The notes: generated by a model not told the origin, from the letters alone. Counted from the first letter of the stretch, positions 18,442 to 28,617 are shown. The stretch: DNA of 55,666 bases from Orrella sp. (GCA_036675955.1 JAKFDW010000123.1:1-55666); one strand, 5' to 3'. A program made the numbers and translations.

Positions 18442-19359
18442 CTAACAGTTTTCGTAAGCACCCAGGGTTTCGTCGGTATGCCGCAAGGCCAGCTCCATCA
18501 AGTAGTCGCGATCGAAGTTAGGCTCGTCGCACGTGCGCCAGTACGCGCACATGCTGATGCTGATCTGGGGTGTAAACGGCAGGTATACGATTCCGCGATC
18601 GCGGAATACATGAGCGCAAATGCCATGTATCAGGCCTACGCCGATGCCGGCTTCGATCATGGCGCATACCGTCAACGCGGCGGGGCACTCAATAACCGAC
18701 TGTGGTTCCAGGTCGTGATCCGCGAACACCTTGTTGATGATATCGTCCGTTCCTTCCACGCCCGAAAAAGTGATGAGCGGTTCGGTCGCAAGGTCGGTAA
18801 CATGGATTTCGGAACGTTGGGCTAGCGGATGGCTGGGCGGCAGGGCGCACTGTAAGCGGGCCTTTGCTATTTCAAGCTGGGCTACTCCGGGAATGGGAGG
18901 CGCCGATAATCCGAAGCCGATATCGGCTTTGCAAGATGAAACGAGCGATTGAACGTATTCGGAGCTTTTCGTAATGATCGAAAAGCGCAGCTCGGGGTAG
19001 GTTTTCATGTAATCGTGCAAGACCCGGGGTAATACCCCAGTCGCCCAGGCGGGCGTCGATGAAATCAACAAACGGCCGCATTTCGTATCGCGCAGCGATC
19101 GGCAGAAGCTGTTGATGGTGTCCAACCCGGTAAAACTGCGCTCGATTTCCGCAAAAATTGCCGCGGCGCGTTCAGTGGGAAAAATACGTCCGTGTTGACG
19201 GGTGAACAGCGCGAAGCCGAGCCGTTCTTCCGCTTCTTTGACGCTGTTGCTGATGGCGGGTTGACTGACATTCAGCCGGGCGGCTGCGCCCGTGACTGTG
19301 CCCGTTAGCATGACTGCGTAGATGACCTCTACATGACGAAGACCAAGACCACGAGCCAT
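18442..19359 (-). CDS. LysR-family regulator (LysR/OccR/NocR-like subgroup)
   Basis: LRHVEVIYAVMLTGTVTGAAARLNVSQPAIS..E..LGFALF.R..GR..PT. Confidence 0.9.
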   Translation of the reverse strand: MARGLGLRHVEVIYAVMLTGTVTGAAARLNVSQPAISNSVKEAEERLGFALFTRQHGRIFPTERAAAIFAEIERSFTGLDTINSFCRSLRDTKCGRLLISSTPAWATGVLPRVLHDYMKTYPELRFSIITKSSEYVQSLVSSCKADIGFGLSAPPIPGVAQLEIAKARLQCALPPSHPLAQRSEIHVTDLATEPLITFSGVEGTDDIINKVFADHDLEPQSVIECPAALTVCAMIEAGIGVGLIHGICAHVFRDRGIVYLPFTPQISISMCAYWRTCDEPNFDRDYLMELALRHTDETLGAYENC

Positions 19360-19386
19360 TAATCGCGGAACCCCCTCCCTAGTGCG

Positions 19387-20175
19387 CTAATTCGATATAA
19401 GTTTTTTCCTATTATGCCTGACCAGTGCTTCAGTGCCAAGGATGGCGACGGTGGACAGAATCAGGAAGGCGCTGACGGCGGCAATCACGGGTTCGGCTTC
19501 CATGAGCAGGCTGTTCCAGATGCGCACCTGTAGCGTTTCCGACAGTACGCCGGATAGGAACAGGCCGATGATCAGCTCGTCGAACGAGGTCAGAAAACTG
19601 AACAAGGCTGCCGAAACAACGCCAGGCAGTATCAAAGGGATCACTATGGTGCGAAACGTCATGGCGCGGCTGGCGCCCATGCCGAAAGCGGCGCGCTCCA
19701 GGTTCTCATCCACGTTCTGCAGGGCCGAGATCAGAATGAGCACGACGATGGGCAGCGCGATCACGGAGTGACCTACACTGATCCATAGTTTGGACCCTAT
19801 GAGGCCTAGTGGGGCTGAAAGGAAATACAGGGCGATGGCGGTAATGATGTGCGGTACGATCAGCGGCATCAGAACGATAGACAGCAAAAGCTTCTTGCCG
19901 CGGTAGCGCCCCCTGACGAAGGAATAAGCCCCCAGAAAGCCGATGGAGGTGGAGATCATGCAGGTCAGGAAGCCGATGATCAGGCTGGTGTACAAGGCGT
20001 TGCGCCAGCGCATGTCCCCGAAGAAGCTGTCGAACCAGCGTAGCGACAATGTTTCCGGCGGGAAGCTCAGATAGCTTTGATCGTTGACGGAGGCGGCCAG
20101 TACGACCAGTATGGGCAGCATCAGTACCAGGCACAGCACCGAGGTAATGGTACGCACAGCGAGGTTGCATTGCAT
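19387..20175 (-). CDS. ABC permease (PotC-like)
   Basis: FPP..LSLRWF, EAA loop LERAAFGMGAS, FLTSFDE. Confidence 0.9.
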   Translation of the reverse strand: MQCNLAVRTITSVLCLVLMLPILVVLAASVNDQSYLSFPPETLSLRWFDSFFGDMRWRNALYTSLIIGFLTCMISTSIGFLGAYSFVRGRYRGKKLLLSIVLMPLIVPHIITAIALYFLSAPLGLIGSKLWISVGHSVIALPIVVLILISALQNVDENLERAAFGMGASRAMTFRTIVIPLILPGVVSAALFSFLTSFDELIIGLFLSGVLSETLQVRIWNSLLMEAEPVIAAVSAFLILSTVAILGTEALVRHNRKKLISN

Positions 20176-20193
20176 GGTTTGCTCCGTTCCGGT

Positions 20194-21075
20194 CTATTTG
20201 CCCAGCATGCGCTCGAGATTGGTGTAGCGGTAATAGATCGCGTAAAGCACCAAGGTGACGGCGAGCAGCGCCAGCGACAGCATGGCCGCTACGGGCCAAT
20301 TCAAGTTGAGTTCGATTTCGCGTTGAATGAGCATGGCAATCATGACGTCTTCAGCACCGCCCATGAGTGCCGGCGTGATGAAGAACCCGATGGCAAGAAT
20401 GAAAACGATCAGGCAGCCCGAGATCAGCCCTGGCATGCTAAGGGGCAGGAACACCTTCAGAAAAGTGTAGGTTCCAGAGGCTCCCATACTCTGGGCTGCG
20501 CGTATCAGGTTGTAGTCTATGCCTTTCATGGCCGAGAAAAGCGTCAGTACCAAATAGGGCAGCAGCACGTAAGACATACCGATGATGACGCCCATCCGGT
20601 TGTACATGAGCTCCAGCGGTTGATCGATGACGCCCCAATTGAGCAATAGCTGGTTCAGGATGCCATTACGCCCCAGTATGACCATCCACGAGTATGTGCG
20701 GACAACGACCGACGTGAAGTAGGGGACGATGACGCTGATAATGATCAGGGTGAAGAACAGCTTATTGGAATATGCCAGCGCATAGGCAATGGGATAGGCC
20801 ATGAGCAGAACGGTCAGCGTGACAATCAGTGCTATCAGGTTCGTATTCCACAGCACATAGCTGATATTGGGCGAAAGCAGGACGGAGCGGACCTGGTCCA
20901 CCAGGGAAAGACTCGACTCCGATATGGCTTGGAACAGGAACCAGCCTATAGGCAGGAAGAAAACGAAAACCAGCAGCCCCAGCAGCGGGGTGACCAGCAG
21001 CCAGGGTTGATCCAGCAGGCGGCTGGGCGGAGTGCTGGCTTTGATCAAGGGGTTCTGAGCAGTGAGGTCAGTCAT
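20194..21075 (-). CDS. ABC permease (PotB-like)
   Basis: YPIAY, PYFTSVVVRTYSW, GILN, LIRAAQSMGAS, FITPALMGG. Confidence 0.9.
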   Translation of the reverse strand: MTDLTAQNPLIKASTPPSRLLDQPWLLVTPLLGLLVFVFFLPIGWFLFQAISESSLSLVDQVRSVLLSPNISYVLWNTNLIALIVTLTVLLMAYPIAYALAYSNKLFFTLIIISVIVPYFTSVVVRTYSWMVILGRNGILNQLLLNWGVIDQPLELMYNRMGVIIGMSYVLLPYLVLTLFSAMKGIDYNLIRAAQSMGASGTYTFLKVFLPLSMPGLISGCLIVFILAIGFFITPALMGGAEDVMIAMLIQREIELNLNWPVAAMLSLALLAVTLVLYAIYYRYTNLERMLGK

Positions 21076-22123
21076 CGAGCACCCGCGCGTCGTGTCGGTC
21101 CCAGTGAGCGTATACCTGCGTACCCACAGCGAACAGCCTGTCTTCATGACTGTTTTGCACATCCACAGTGAGCAGCTCGTGGGCGCCTACATCGATACCG
21201 TGCCGCACGACATTTCCCAGGAAAGAGACTCGTTTTACCGTGCCTTGCACGCCGATCCGTGCGCCGTTTGCCCCCGCCTCGGCGGCGCTTAGATGAATAC
21301 GCTCCGGCCGCAGGAACAGCTGCGGTGCGCGGGCCTGGGCCAGGCCGTCGGCATACGCCGTGGCGACGGCTGCCTGGCCTAGGATGCCGCCGCGCAGCAG
21401 GTTGGCTTCGCCCAGGAATTTGGCGGCAAACGGGCTCCTGGGATGCTCATAGACGTGCCGAGGGGCGCCCATCTGCTCGACACGCCCCAGTTTCATGATG
21501 GCGATGCGGTCCGACATGTTCATAGCTTCTTCTTGGTCGTGCGTGACATACACGACAGTCATGCCGAGCTGCTTCTGGATCTCTTTTATTTCCACCTGCA
21601 TGTGGTAGCGCAAATTCTTGTCCAGGGCGCCCAACGGTTCGTCCATGAGAACCACTTGAGGTTCAAACACAATGGCGCGGGCCAGCGCAACGCGCTGCTG
21701 CTGTCCGCCGGAGAGTTCACGCGGAAGCCGCTTCTGGAATTCGGAAAGACGCACGACATCGAGCGCCCAGGCAACCTTTCTCGCCACTTCGTGCTTGCTC
21801 AGCTTTCTGACGCGCAGCGGAAAGGCGACGTTGTCGAATACCGAAAGATGCGGGAAGAGGGCATAGTTCTGGAACACCATGCCCAGCCCGCGCGCCTGAG
21901 GCGTCATGGTCGAGATGTCTTTACCATCGAGCAGGACGCGTCCGCCGTCGACGGAGGCAAACCCCGCGATCATCATGAGCGTGGACGTTTTGCCTGAACC
22001 GCTGGGACCGAGCAGGGAAAAGAACTCCCCGCTCGCAACGCAAACCGTCACGTCGTCCACGACCCTCTGGCCGCCGTAGGTCTTGACCAGGCCTTCGAGA
22101 ATGAGTTCGCCTTTTCCCTTCAT
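21068..22123 (-). CDS. ABC ATP-binding protein (PotA-like)
   Basis: Walker A GPSGSGKT, LSGGQQQRVALAR, DEPLGALD, VTHDQEEA. Confidence 0.93.
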   Translation of the reverse strand: MKGKGELILEGLVKTYGGQRVVDDVTVCVASGEFFSLLGPSGSGKTSTLMMIAGFASVDGGRVLLDGKDISTMTPQARGLGMVFQNYALFPHLSVFDNVAFPLRVRKLSKHEVARKVAWALDVVRLSEFQKRLPRELSGGQQQRVALARAIVFEPQVVLMDEPLGALDKNLRYHMQVEIKEIQKQLGMTVVYVTHDQEEAMNMSDRIAIMKLGRVEQMGAPRHVYEHPRSPFAAKFLGEANLLRGGILGQAAVATAYADGLAQARAPQLFLRPERIHLSAAEAGANGARIGVQGTVKRVSFLGNVVRHGIDVGAHELLTVDVQNSHEDRLFAVGTQVYAHWDRHDARVLDD

Positions 22124-23205
22124 CGATTGAGCACCCACTTCGACCATGTATCGCTGACCTTCTGGCGGTTGTCCGTCCACCATTCCGCATCCAGAACAAA
22201 GCCATTCTTGGCGGTCATTTCACCGCCTGGAACGCGTTCACGCAAGGCCTTGGGCATTTTTTCGTAGGCCGGTACGGTGACCGGTCCGCCGGGGTAGCGC
22301 AGGCAGAATGCCGTTTGGATGTCGTCGCTAAGGCAGAAGTCGACGAACTTCTTGGCGTTCTCCAGATTCGGCGCCTTGTTGAAAATGGAAAACGCCTGAA
22401 CATGCACGCCGTGCTGATTCCAGTTGATCGCCAGAGGAGCTTTATTGTCGGCGGCAGCCAACAGCCGTGTGCTCCAGATCGAGCCCATGACCGCCTCTTT
22501 GTCAGCGAGCATCTGCGATGAAAGTGCCCCGGTGTCCCAGAACTTGCGAATCGCAGGCCTTACCCGGGTGAGCGAGGCGAAGGCGCGGTCTATATCAAGA
22601 GGGTATAGCTTGTCGAGCGGCACGCCGTCGGCGAGCAGGGCGAATTCGAGATCGGGATACCCCGCCGCGATGTCCGCCAGCATTCGCGGTCCCGGCTTGG
22701 CCTTGTAGTCCCAGAATTCCGCCCAGTTCTTCGGCTCCGAGCCCGGACTGACCACGCTGGTGTTATAGCCCATGACGATGCCATAAACGAAGTTCCCGAC
22801 CATGTATTCATGCTTGTAATTGGGGTCTATGGTTTCCGGGTTCGAGAACTTGAACTCATTGTAAGGAATGGGTGCAAGGGCTCCGGCAACCTGAAACTGG
22901 CGCAATGTGCCGGTGGTGATATCGGCGATGTCCAGCTCCATGTTGCCCGAACGGACCATGGTGTAGAGCTTGCCCGCTGTCATGGCAACGGGTACGACCT
23001 CAATACCCGTTGCCTTGCGAAAAGGCTCGTAAACGACTTCGCGCCGTATATCGTCGTAGATGCCCCCAGGAGAGCGCACGATCACACGTCCGGCCGCATT
23101 AGCTCTAGGTATCCATACGTAGGGAGCGGCGATGGCTGCTCCAGCGAATTTCAACGCACTACGACGGCCCAGGGACTTAATTTCTTTACCTTGTTGAGTG
23201 GTCAT
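22120..23205 (-). CDS. ABC substrate-binding protein (PotD-like family) with Tat signal
   Basis: LGRRSALK twin-arginine leader..ANA; EFALLADGVP..KLYPLD.DRAF..L motif. Confidence 0.9.
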   Translation of the reverse strand: MTTQQGKEIKSLGRRSALKFAGAAIAAPYVWIPRANAAGRVIVRSPGGIYDDIRREVVYEPFRKATGIEVVPVAMTAGKLYTMVRSGNMELDIADITTGTLRQFQVAGALAPIPYNEFKFSNPETIDPNYKHEYMVGNFVYGIVMGYNTSVVSPGSEPKNWAEFWDYKAKPGPRMLADIAAGYPDLEFALLADGVPLDKLYPLDIDRAFASLTRVRPAIRKFWDTGALSSQMLADKEAVMGSIWSTRLLAAADNKAPLAINWNQHGVHVQAFSIFNKAPNLENAKKFVDFCLSDDIQTAFCLRYPGGPVTVPAYEKMPKALRERVPGGEMTAKNGFVLDAEWWTDNRQKVSDTWSKWVLNR

Positions 23206-23235
23206 GGCGACTCCTAAAAAGCGTTGGGATCAGAC

Positions 23236-24468
23236 TTAAAATCGCGACATACGGTATGGCACAGGATCGATGGTGGTTTGTGATTGGGCGACCAACTGAG
23301 ATATCAGCCGGCCGGTGATCGCACCCGCCGTCAATCCGGTATGTCCGTGGCCGCACGCTATGTAGAGGCCTGGGTGGCGGGTGGCTTCGTCGATGATGGG
23401 GATGCTGTCGGGAAGGGATGGCCGATAGCCCATCCAGAGTTTGGGCGTATCGAATTCAAGATTGGGCAACAGCTGTTTGGCATGCGCCAGCAAGGCGCGG
23501 CCGCGCTGTTCGTTCGGCGGGGCGTCGAGCCCCGCGATTTCGACGGTGCCGGCAAAACGGATACCCGTCTCCATCGGGGAAGCGCTGAAACCGCGGCCTT
23601 TGTGCAGCAGGGGCATATTCAATGTGATGTTGGGCCGGCGTATTTCGATGTGGTAGCCGCGTTCCGTCTCAAGCGGAAAGGACAGGTCCAGAGGTTGTAG
23701 CAACTTCTTGGACCAGGCTCCCGCTGCCACTACGACGCGATCGAATTCATGGTCGTCCAGATTCGTCAGCACGCGGAAACGTCCATGTTCAGGAAAAATC
23801 CGCATGACGCGTTGCTGCACAACGCTGCCACCCGCCTCAGTGAACAGGCGCGCAATGGTCTGCATCAGCCTGAGGGGATTTACCGCATTGCCGTTGCGCG
23901 GGTAGAGCAGTGCACGCTTTATCGAGCGCGTCAGCTCAGGCACGTAGTCATGCAGTTCGTCGGAAGTCAGGGCTTGCACGACGATACCCTGTGAGTCGCG
24001 CAGGTCCCGTGCCACCCGCTCCGTTAACGACTCATCGGGACTGTCCCAGATATGGATCTGCCCCGTGGTGCGGATCAGGTCGTTGAAGAGCTCCTGACCG
24101 AGCAGCTCGCGGTATTGGACCAGCGCCTGGCCGTGCAGGGCGTGCAGGGCCGCGGAGGACGTACGCACCTTATCCATGCGTCCCGCCCTTGCCCAACGCA
24201 GGAGCCAGGGCAGTGCAGTAGTGAAATACTTCGGATCGACGAAAAGCGGGCCGGTAGGATCCATGAGCCACTTAGGCACTTTACGCAGCATGCCCGGCAT
24301 GGCTATGGGCACTGTGCTGTCGACGCTGATCATGCCCGCATTGCCGTACGAGGCACCGCTACCCACGGGCATGCCATCGATCAAGGTGACCTTGAAACCG
24401 GCCCGTTGGAGAAATGTGGCGCTGCTAAGGCCGACGACACCGGCCCCTATTACCGCTATGGACTTCAT
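23236..24468 (-). CDS. FAD-dependent D-amino acid dehydrogenase (DadA family)
   Basis: IAVIGAGVVG, GASYGNAG, ETERGYH, WMGYRPSLPD, GHGHTGLT. Confidence 0.88.
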   Translation of the reverse strand: MKSIAVIGAGVVGLSSATFLQRAGFKVTLIDGMPVGSGASYGNAGMISVDSTVPIAMPGMLRKVPKWLMDPTGPLFVDPKYFTTALPWLLRWARAGRMDKVRTSSAALHALHGQALVQYRELLGQELFNDLIRTTGQIHIWDSPDESLTERVARDLRDSQGIVVQALTSDELHDYVPELTRSIKRALLYPRNGNAVNPLRLMQTIARLFTEAGGSVVQQRVMRIFPEHGRFRVLTNLDDHEFDRVVVAAGAWSKKLLQPLDLSFPLETERGYHIEIRRPNITLNMPLLHKGRGFSASPMETGIRFAGTVEIAGLDAPPNEQRGRALLAHAKQLLPNLEFDTPKLWMGYRPSLPDSIPIIDEATRHPGLYIACGHGHTGLTAGAITGRLISQLVAQSQTTIDPVPYRMSRF

Positions 24469-24523
24469 CCTGCACCTCGAAAAGAATCCGCGACGGCGGA
24501 TGTACTTGTAGGGCGTCTTGGTT

Positions 24524-24904
24524 CTAGACGTGTCCGTGGACCACAATTTCAATCAAGTGACCTTCACCGAGCAATTCCTTGACTACGACGGTGGCCCGGT
24601 TTGGATACGGTTCGTTGGTGAAGTATTGGGCATAGACCTCGTTCATACCCGCAGCGTCGCTACTGCTGACCAAATAAATCAGTATCTGCGCGACATCGGC
24701 CAGGGTTCCCTCGGCCGCTTCCATGGATTTTTTCAGTTGCCGCAGGACACGATGTGTTTGTTCCTGGATATTGCCTTCGCCCGACGGCACGCCTGTTTCT
24801 GGATCGCGTGGGATCTGAACTGAGTAGATATGGCCGCTGGCATTGACGGTGTTGCTGATCGGTGCTTTGGAGCGCGGCATGCCATTATTGACAAGTCGAT
24901 GCAT
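24524..24904 (-). CDS. Rid (RidA/YjgF) family imine deaminase
   Basis: IQEQT..VL..L, MNEVYAQYF..PYPNRATV (catalytic Arg present), IEI. Confidence 0.88.
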   Translation of the reverse strand: MHRLVNNGMPRSKAPISNTVNASGHIYSVQIPRDPETGVPSGEGNIQEQTHRVLRQLKKSMEAAEGTLADVAQILIYLVSSSDAAGMNEVYAQYFTNEPYPNRATVVVKELLGEGHLIEIVVHGHV

Positions 24905-25012
24905 GGTTCTTCCTCCAGTCCTGCTTTGTGTTCTTGCTCCCCGATGCCGGCAGCAAGTTCGAATGAGAATAGCAAAGCGCGTGGCTGCAGAACAATCACA
25001 TTTACGTATCTT

Positions 25013-25031
25013 GCATAGGGAACAGTTATGC
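25013..25031. promoter_or_regulatory. LysR-type T-N11-A palindrome upstream of the rid operon
   Basis: GCATA-gggaacagt-TATGC about 110 bp upstream of the rid start. Confidence 0.5.
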
Positions 25032-25223
25032 GGGGTTTACCCGCGGTGCGATGCATCCGAAACGAGCCTTACGTTAAAAGAATGGGCCGTGGAGCGGGTC
25101 ATCAGCCGGAAGTGGGAAGCACATGAAGGCTGGCGCCGAACTCTCTCGTTTATTCAGCTAGTACGTAAGGGGAGCATGAATGCGCCGGCCGAGGTGTCGA
25201 TCAAGCTTTAGGAGAAATCTTTG

Positions 25224-25251
25224 ACTTTACATAATACACATTATGCGTAAA
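25224..25251 (-). other. dif: XerC/XerD dif recombination site
   Basis: Minus strand TTTACGCATAA-TGTGTA-TTATGTAAAGT; 22/28 identical to E. coli dif with the exact 11-6-11 layout; intergenic. Confidence 0.85.
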
Positions 25252-25332
25252 ACATTAGTATGGCCATACATCGGATCCGCATCTGCTTAACTCGAAACTT
25301 TCGCTGCACGCTCGGTCTGTATTCGACACCAT

Positions 25333-26979
25333 TCACAGCAGATACGCTTCAGCGGCGTAGTGACGCATCATGCGCTGGCTATTGAAAAAATTCGCGTTGC
25401 GTCCAATGGACCCTTTCATCACAGCGACCCATCCTTCGCGATCCCCATGCCAGAGAGGCAGGACCACTCTCTCCAACTTATCGTAGAGGCTCGCAGCATG
25501 GCTTTCGTCGTTGGTCTGAGAATCGGTACCAATTGCCCAACCGGTGACGCCTTCAATACAGCCCTCAAGCCACCAGCCGTCAAGAACGCTTAGATTGGGA
25601 ACTCCGTTGAAAGCTGCCTTCATCCCGCTAGTTCCAGAGGCTTCTTGTGGCGGCATAGGCGTATTGAGCCATACGTCTGAGCCAGACACCATATCGAGGG
25701 CGACCTCCATATCGTAGTCCGGTATGAAGGCCACCTTCACAGTGTCGGTCAGGGCTTTCGCATGTTGATGCAGTTGCTCGATAATGCGCTTGCCGTCTTC
25801 ATCGTGAGGATGTGCCTTGCCCGCCAGAACAATTTGAAAAGGCTGCGACCGGGCGATGCTTCTCAAACGGTTCAAATCAGAAAAAAGAAGATTTGCCCTT
25901 TTATATGCAGTCATGCGCCGGGCGAATCCAAGCACTGGCAGACTGACGTCCAATAGCGGCCCCCCTCGTTCGTTCACCCGTCGAATCAATGCACGCTTTG
26001 CCAATAGATGCGCCTCCCAAATATCCGCTGAAGGAATATGTTCTACGCGCATAAGCAGTTCAGGACTATGATGCCACCCCGGCCAATGCCGGTCATAGAG
26101 CTGTCGCATCGGTTCACTGGTCCAGGTCATCGGGTGTACACCGTTGGTCACGGCGCGAACTTTATACTCGGGAAACATGCGCTGCGAGACAGCAGCGTGC
26201 CTGCGCGCAACACCGTTGACGTAATCCGCCAGCGAAAGTGCCAGGCGGGTCATATTCAACTTTTCAGTGCCGGCCAAGTCTTTTAATTCGTCCAATGTGC
26301 AATAGTCGCCAAGTACCCGCTCTACCAATGAATATGGAAACTGGTCATGCCCTGCCTCTACCGGAGTATGGGTCGTAAATATTCGACGGGATTTTTCACC
26401 GCCGCGGCGCAACTCGAGCCCAAGCAGCGCTGAATGGCCTTCATTCATGTGATAGCAACGTACCTGAATCGCCAATGCGCGCAGCATTCGTACGCCACCG
26501 ATGCCTAGAACGGCTTCTTGTTTAAGTCGATAAGCTGCATCGCCGCCATACAATCGGTCAGTAAGGGTGCGATCGTCAGGATGGTTTTCCGCCAAATTCG
26601 TGTCGAGCAATATGACCGGCACGGAGGTCCCCCGATAGCTAGAGACCAGGTATAGCCACGCGCCGATCCATACTGGCCGCCCTTCAAGGTGGAGAACTAC
26701 TTTGGTTCCAAGAAGATGCGCATACGCATCAGGCCGCCATACATCCGGCAACTCCACCTGTCGCCCAGACTCTTCAATCACTTGCTTGAAGTAGCCTGAA
26801 TGGCTAACGAGCGTGACACCTATTATGGGCAAATTGAGGTCGGCGGCCGAGCGCATTACATCACCCGCCAACACGCCCAGTCCTCCCGAGTAGGTGGCCA
26901 TTCCGTGTTCAAGGCCGATCTCCATGGAAAAATAGGCGATACGTTTGTTGGCGTCGAACTTCATCGGCTGTTCGTCCAC
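25333..26979 (-). CDS. glgP: Alpha-glucan (glycogen/maltodextrin) phosphorylase, short type
   Basis: AYFSMEIG, YSGGLGVLAGD, HMNEGH, FTTHTP, FARR..YKR, PLP motif EASGTSGMKA. Confidence 0.9.
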   Translation of the reverse strand: MDEQPMKFDANKRIAYFSMEIGLEHGMATYSGGLGVLAGDVMRSAADLNLPIIGVTLVSHSGYFKQVIEESGRQVELPDVWRPDAYAHLLGTKVVLHLEGRPVWIGAWLYLVSSYRGTSVPVILLDTNLAENHPDDRTLTDRLYGGDAAYRLKQEAVLGIGGVRMLRALAIQVRCYHMNEGHSALLGLELRRGGEKSRRIFTTHTPVEAGHDQFPYSLVERVLGDYCTLDELKDLAGTEKLNMTRLALSLADYVNGVARRHAAVSQRMFPEYKVRAVTNGVHPMTWTSEPMRQLYDRHWPGWHHSPELLMRVEHIPSADIWEAHLLAKRALIRRVNERGGPLLDVSLPVLGFARRMTAYKRANLLFSDLNRLRSIARSQPFQIVLAGKAHPHDEDGKRIIEQLHQHAKALTDTVKVAFIPDYDMEVALDMVSGSDVWLNTPMPPQEASGTSGMKAAFNGVPNLSVLDGWWLEGCIEGVTGWAIGTDSQTNDESHAASLYDKLERVVLPLWHGDREGWVAVMKGSIGRNANFFNSQRMMRHYAAEAYLL

Positions 26980-27089
26980 AACTGTTTCTCCTGAGTCCCA
27001 GGCGCTGAGGCTCCAGCATTCAGTGCGTGTGCCAGTATTGCTCTCACACGGGCTCGAATGTGGCGCGTCCGCTGCGACCTTGTTATCCC

Positions 27090-27325
27090 CTATTCGTCTT
27101 CATGAGGCTTTTCTGGAACCACGAGTATCGGACGATTGAATAAGCGAAGAAAAGCTTCTGCCACACTTTCTAATAGCAGACGTTTGAAGCCGCCTCTGCC
27201 ATGAGTTTCAAGGACGACAATATTCACTTTATACTCATCGGCGGGTGCTTGCAATTGCTCGGCTATGGATTCTAACGCACGGGCCTCATCGGCGTGAGCT
27301 AACGACCGGTCCGAGCGGGACGCGA
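27090..27325 (-). pseudogene. Universal stress protein (UspA) C-terminal remnant
   Basis: IVVLETHGRGGFKRLLLESVAEAFLR...PILVVP resembles the USP GxHGR..LLGSVAE..PVLVV motif with both Gly changed to Glu; no start codon or N-terminal half after the ackA stop. Confidence 0.7.
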
Positions 27326-28507
27326 CTACTCGGTGATCCTGGCTAGCGTCTGGCGCGCGATGACCGACTCTTCGTTCGTTGGTATGACATACACCGCGAT
27401 GGCGCTGTTCGATGCCGAAATGCAGGTCGCGTTCGCCGCATTGCTGTCGGCATCGATGGTGATTCCCATCCAGTTCAGCCGATTGCAGATACCGGCGCGG
27501 ATCACAGGCGAATTCTCGCCGACACCCGCGGTAAAGACCAGCGCGTCCAGCCCGCGGGTTGCCACACACAGGCCCGCAATGCATTCCGCGCTCCGGTAAA
27601 TGAAATAGTCGATGGCAAGTTTGGCCGCGGTTGAATCCGAGGCCAGCAAATCCCGGACATCGCCGCTCAATCCCGAAAGGCCTTTGAGACCCGACTCGTT
27701 GTAGAGTAGATGCTGTATGTGGTCATGGGTGTACCCTTGTTCCATCATCCACAACACCACGCCCGCATCCAGTCGCCCGGGCCGCGTACTCATCGGCAGG
27801 CCATCCAGCGCAGTGAAGCCCATCGTGCTGTCGACGCTTTGGCCATCCATCATCGCGCATGCTGATGCGCCGGAGCCCAGATGTGCAGCAATCACCCTGC
27901 CGCGAACGACGGCGGGCAGCTCTTGACGCAATGTCTGGGCGATATAGTCATAGGAGAGGCCATGGAAACCATACCGGCGTACGCCTTGATCGTATAAGGA
28001 CTGCGGTATTGCATAGCGCTCCACAACCCGGTCATGCGTACGGTGAAACGCCGTATCGAAACACACAACCTGCGTTGTTTGCGGCCATAGTTCCCGAATG
28101 ACATACACCGGGGCGAGGTTATTCTGCTGATGCAGAGGTGCCAGCGGAGCCAGTGCCTCGAGCTCACGGAGAACCTCTTCATCCACGATGGCACTCTGCT
28201 TGTAACGCGGCCCGCCGTGTACGATCCGATGCCCCACTGCGATCGGCGCGTGATGAATTTCGCTCCGCATCCAGTTCATCAGCGTGTGCTGTGCCGTACG
28301 CAGGTCAGCCGCTTCATGCGCAGGCAAGGTATCATCGACCAGCGTGACGCCGTTGGCGGCTTTCACGCGGAAGACGGGCTTTGGACCACCTACTCCTGAT
28401 ATTTGTCCACCATAGGAGAATGCCAGCGAGGTTGCCGTCAGAAGTCGATGGACCTGGAACTTCAGGCTTGAGCTTCCTGCGTTGACGACGAGCATGAGTT
28501 CGGTCAT
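27326..28507 (-). CDS. ackA: Acetate/propionate kinase
   Basis: LVVNAGSSSLK, VGHRIVHGG, APLH, FDTAFH, RRYGFHGLSY, HLGSGAS, FTAGVGEN, IPTNEE. Confidence 0.93.
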   Translation of the reverse strand: MTELMLVVNAGSSSLKFQVHRLLTATSLAFSYGGQISGVGGPKPVFRVKAANGVTLVDDTLPAHEAADLRTAQHTLMNWMRSEIHHAPIAVGHRIVHGGPRYKQSAIVDEEVLRELEALAPLAPLHQQNNLAPVYVIRELWPQTTQVVCFDTAFHRTHDRVVERYAIPQSLYDQGVRRYGFHGLSYDYIAQTLRQELPAVVRGRVIAAHLGSGASACAMMDGQSVDSTMGFTALDGLPMSTRPGRLDAGVVLWMMEQGYTHDHIQHLLYNESGLKGLSGLSGDVRDLLASDSTAAKLAIDYFIYRSAECIAGLCVATRGLDALVFTAGVGENSPVIRAGICNRLNWMGITIDADSNAANATCISASNSAIAVYVIPTNEESVIARQTLARITE

Positions 28508-28603
28508 TAGGCACCCTGATTCGGCACACGGGCTCAAGCCCGCAAGCTGGTTAACAGGCTCCCAGTATTCCTTATTTTTACCGGCCCTGCATGACGTCAC
28601 GCG

Positions 28604-28617
28604 TTGATCTGCGTCAT
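28604..28617. promoter_or_regulatory. FNR/ANR-type box
   Basis: TTGAT-CTGC-GTCAT (8/10 to TTGAT-N4-ATCAA) between divergent ackA and ATPase; a TAAAAAT -10-like element lies at class II spacing toward ackA. Confidence 0.6.

Noticed and set aside
24843-25211. 122-aa ORF ending just before dif
   Set aside because: It overlaps rid and its promoter, has no RBS or motif, and does not resemble an integrase
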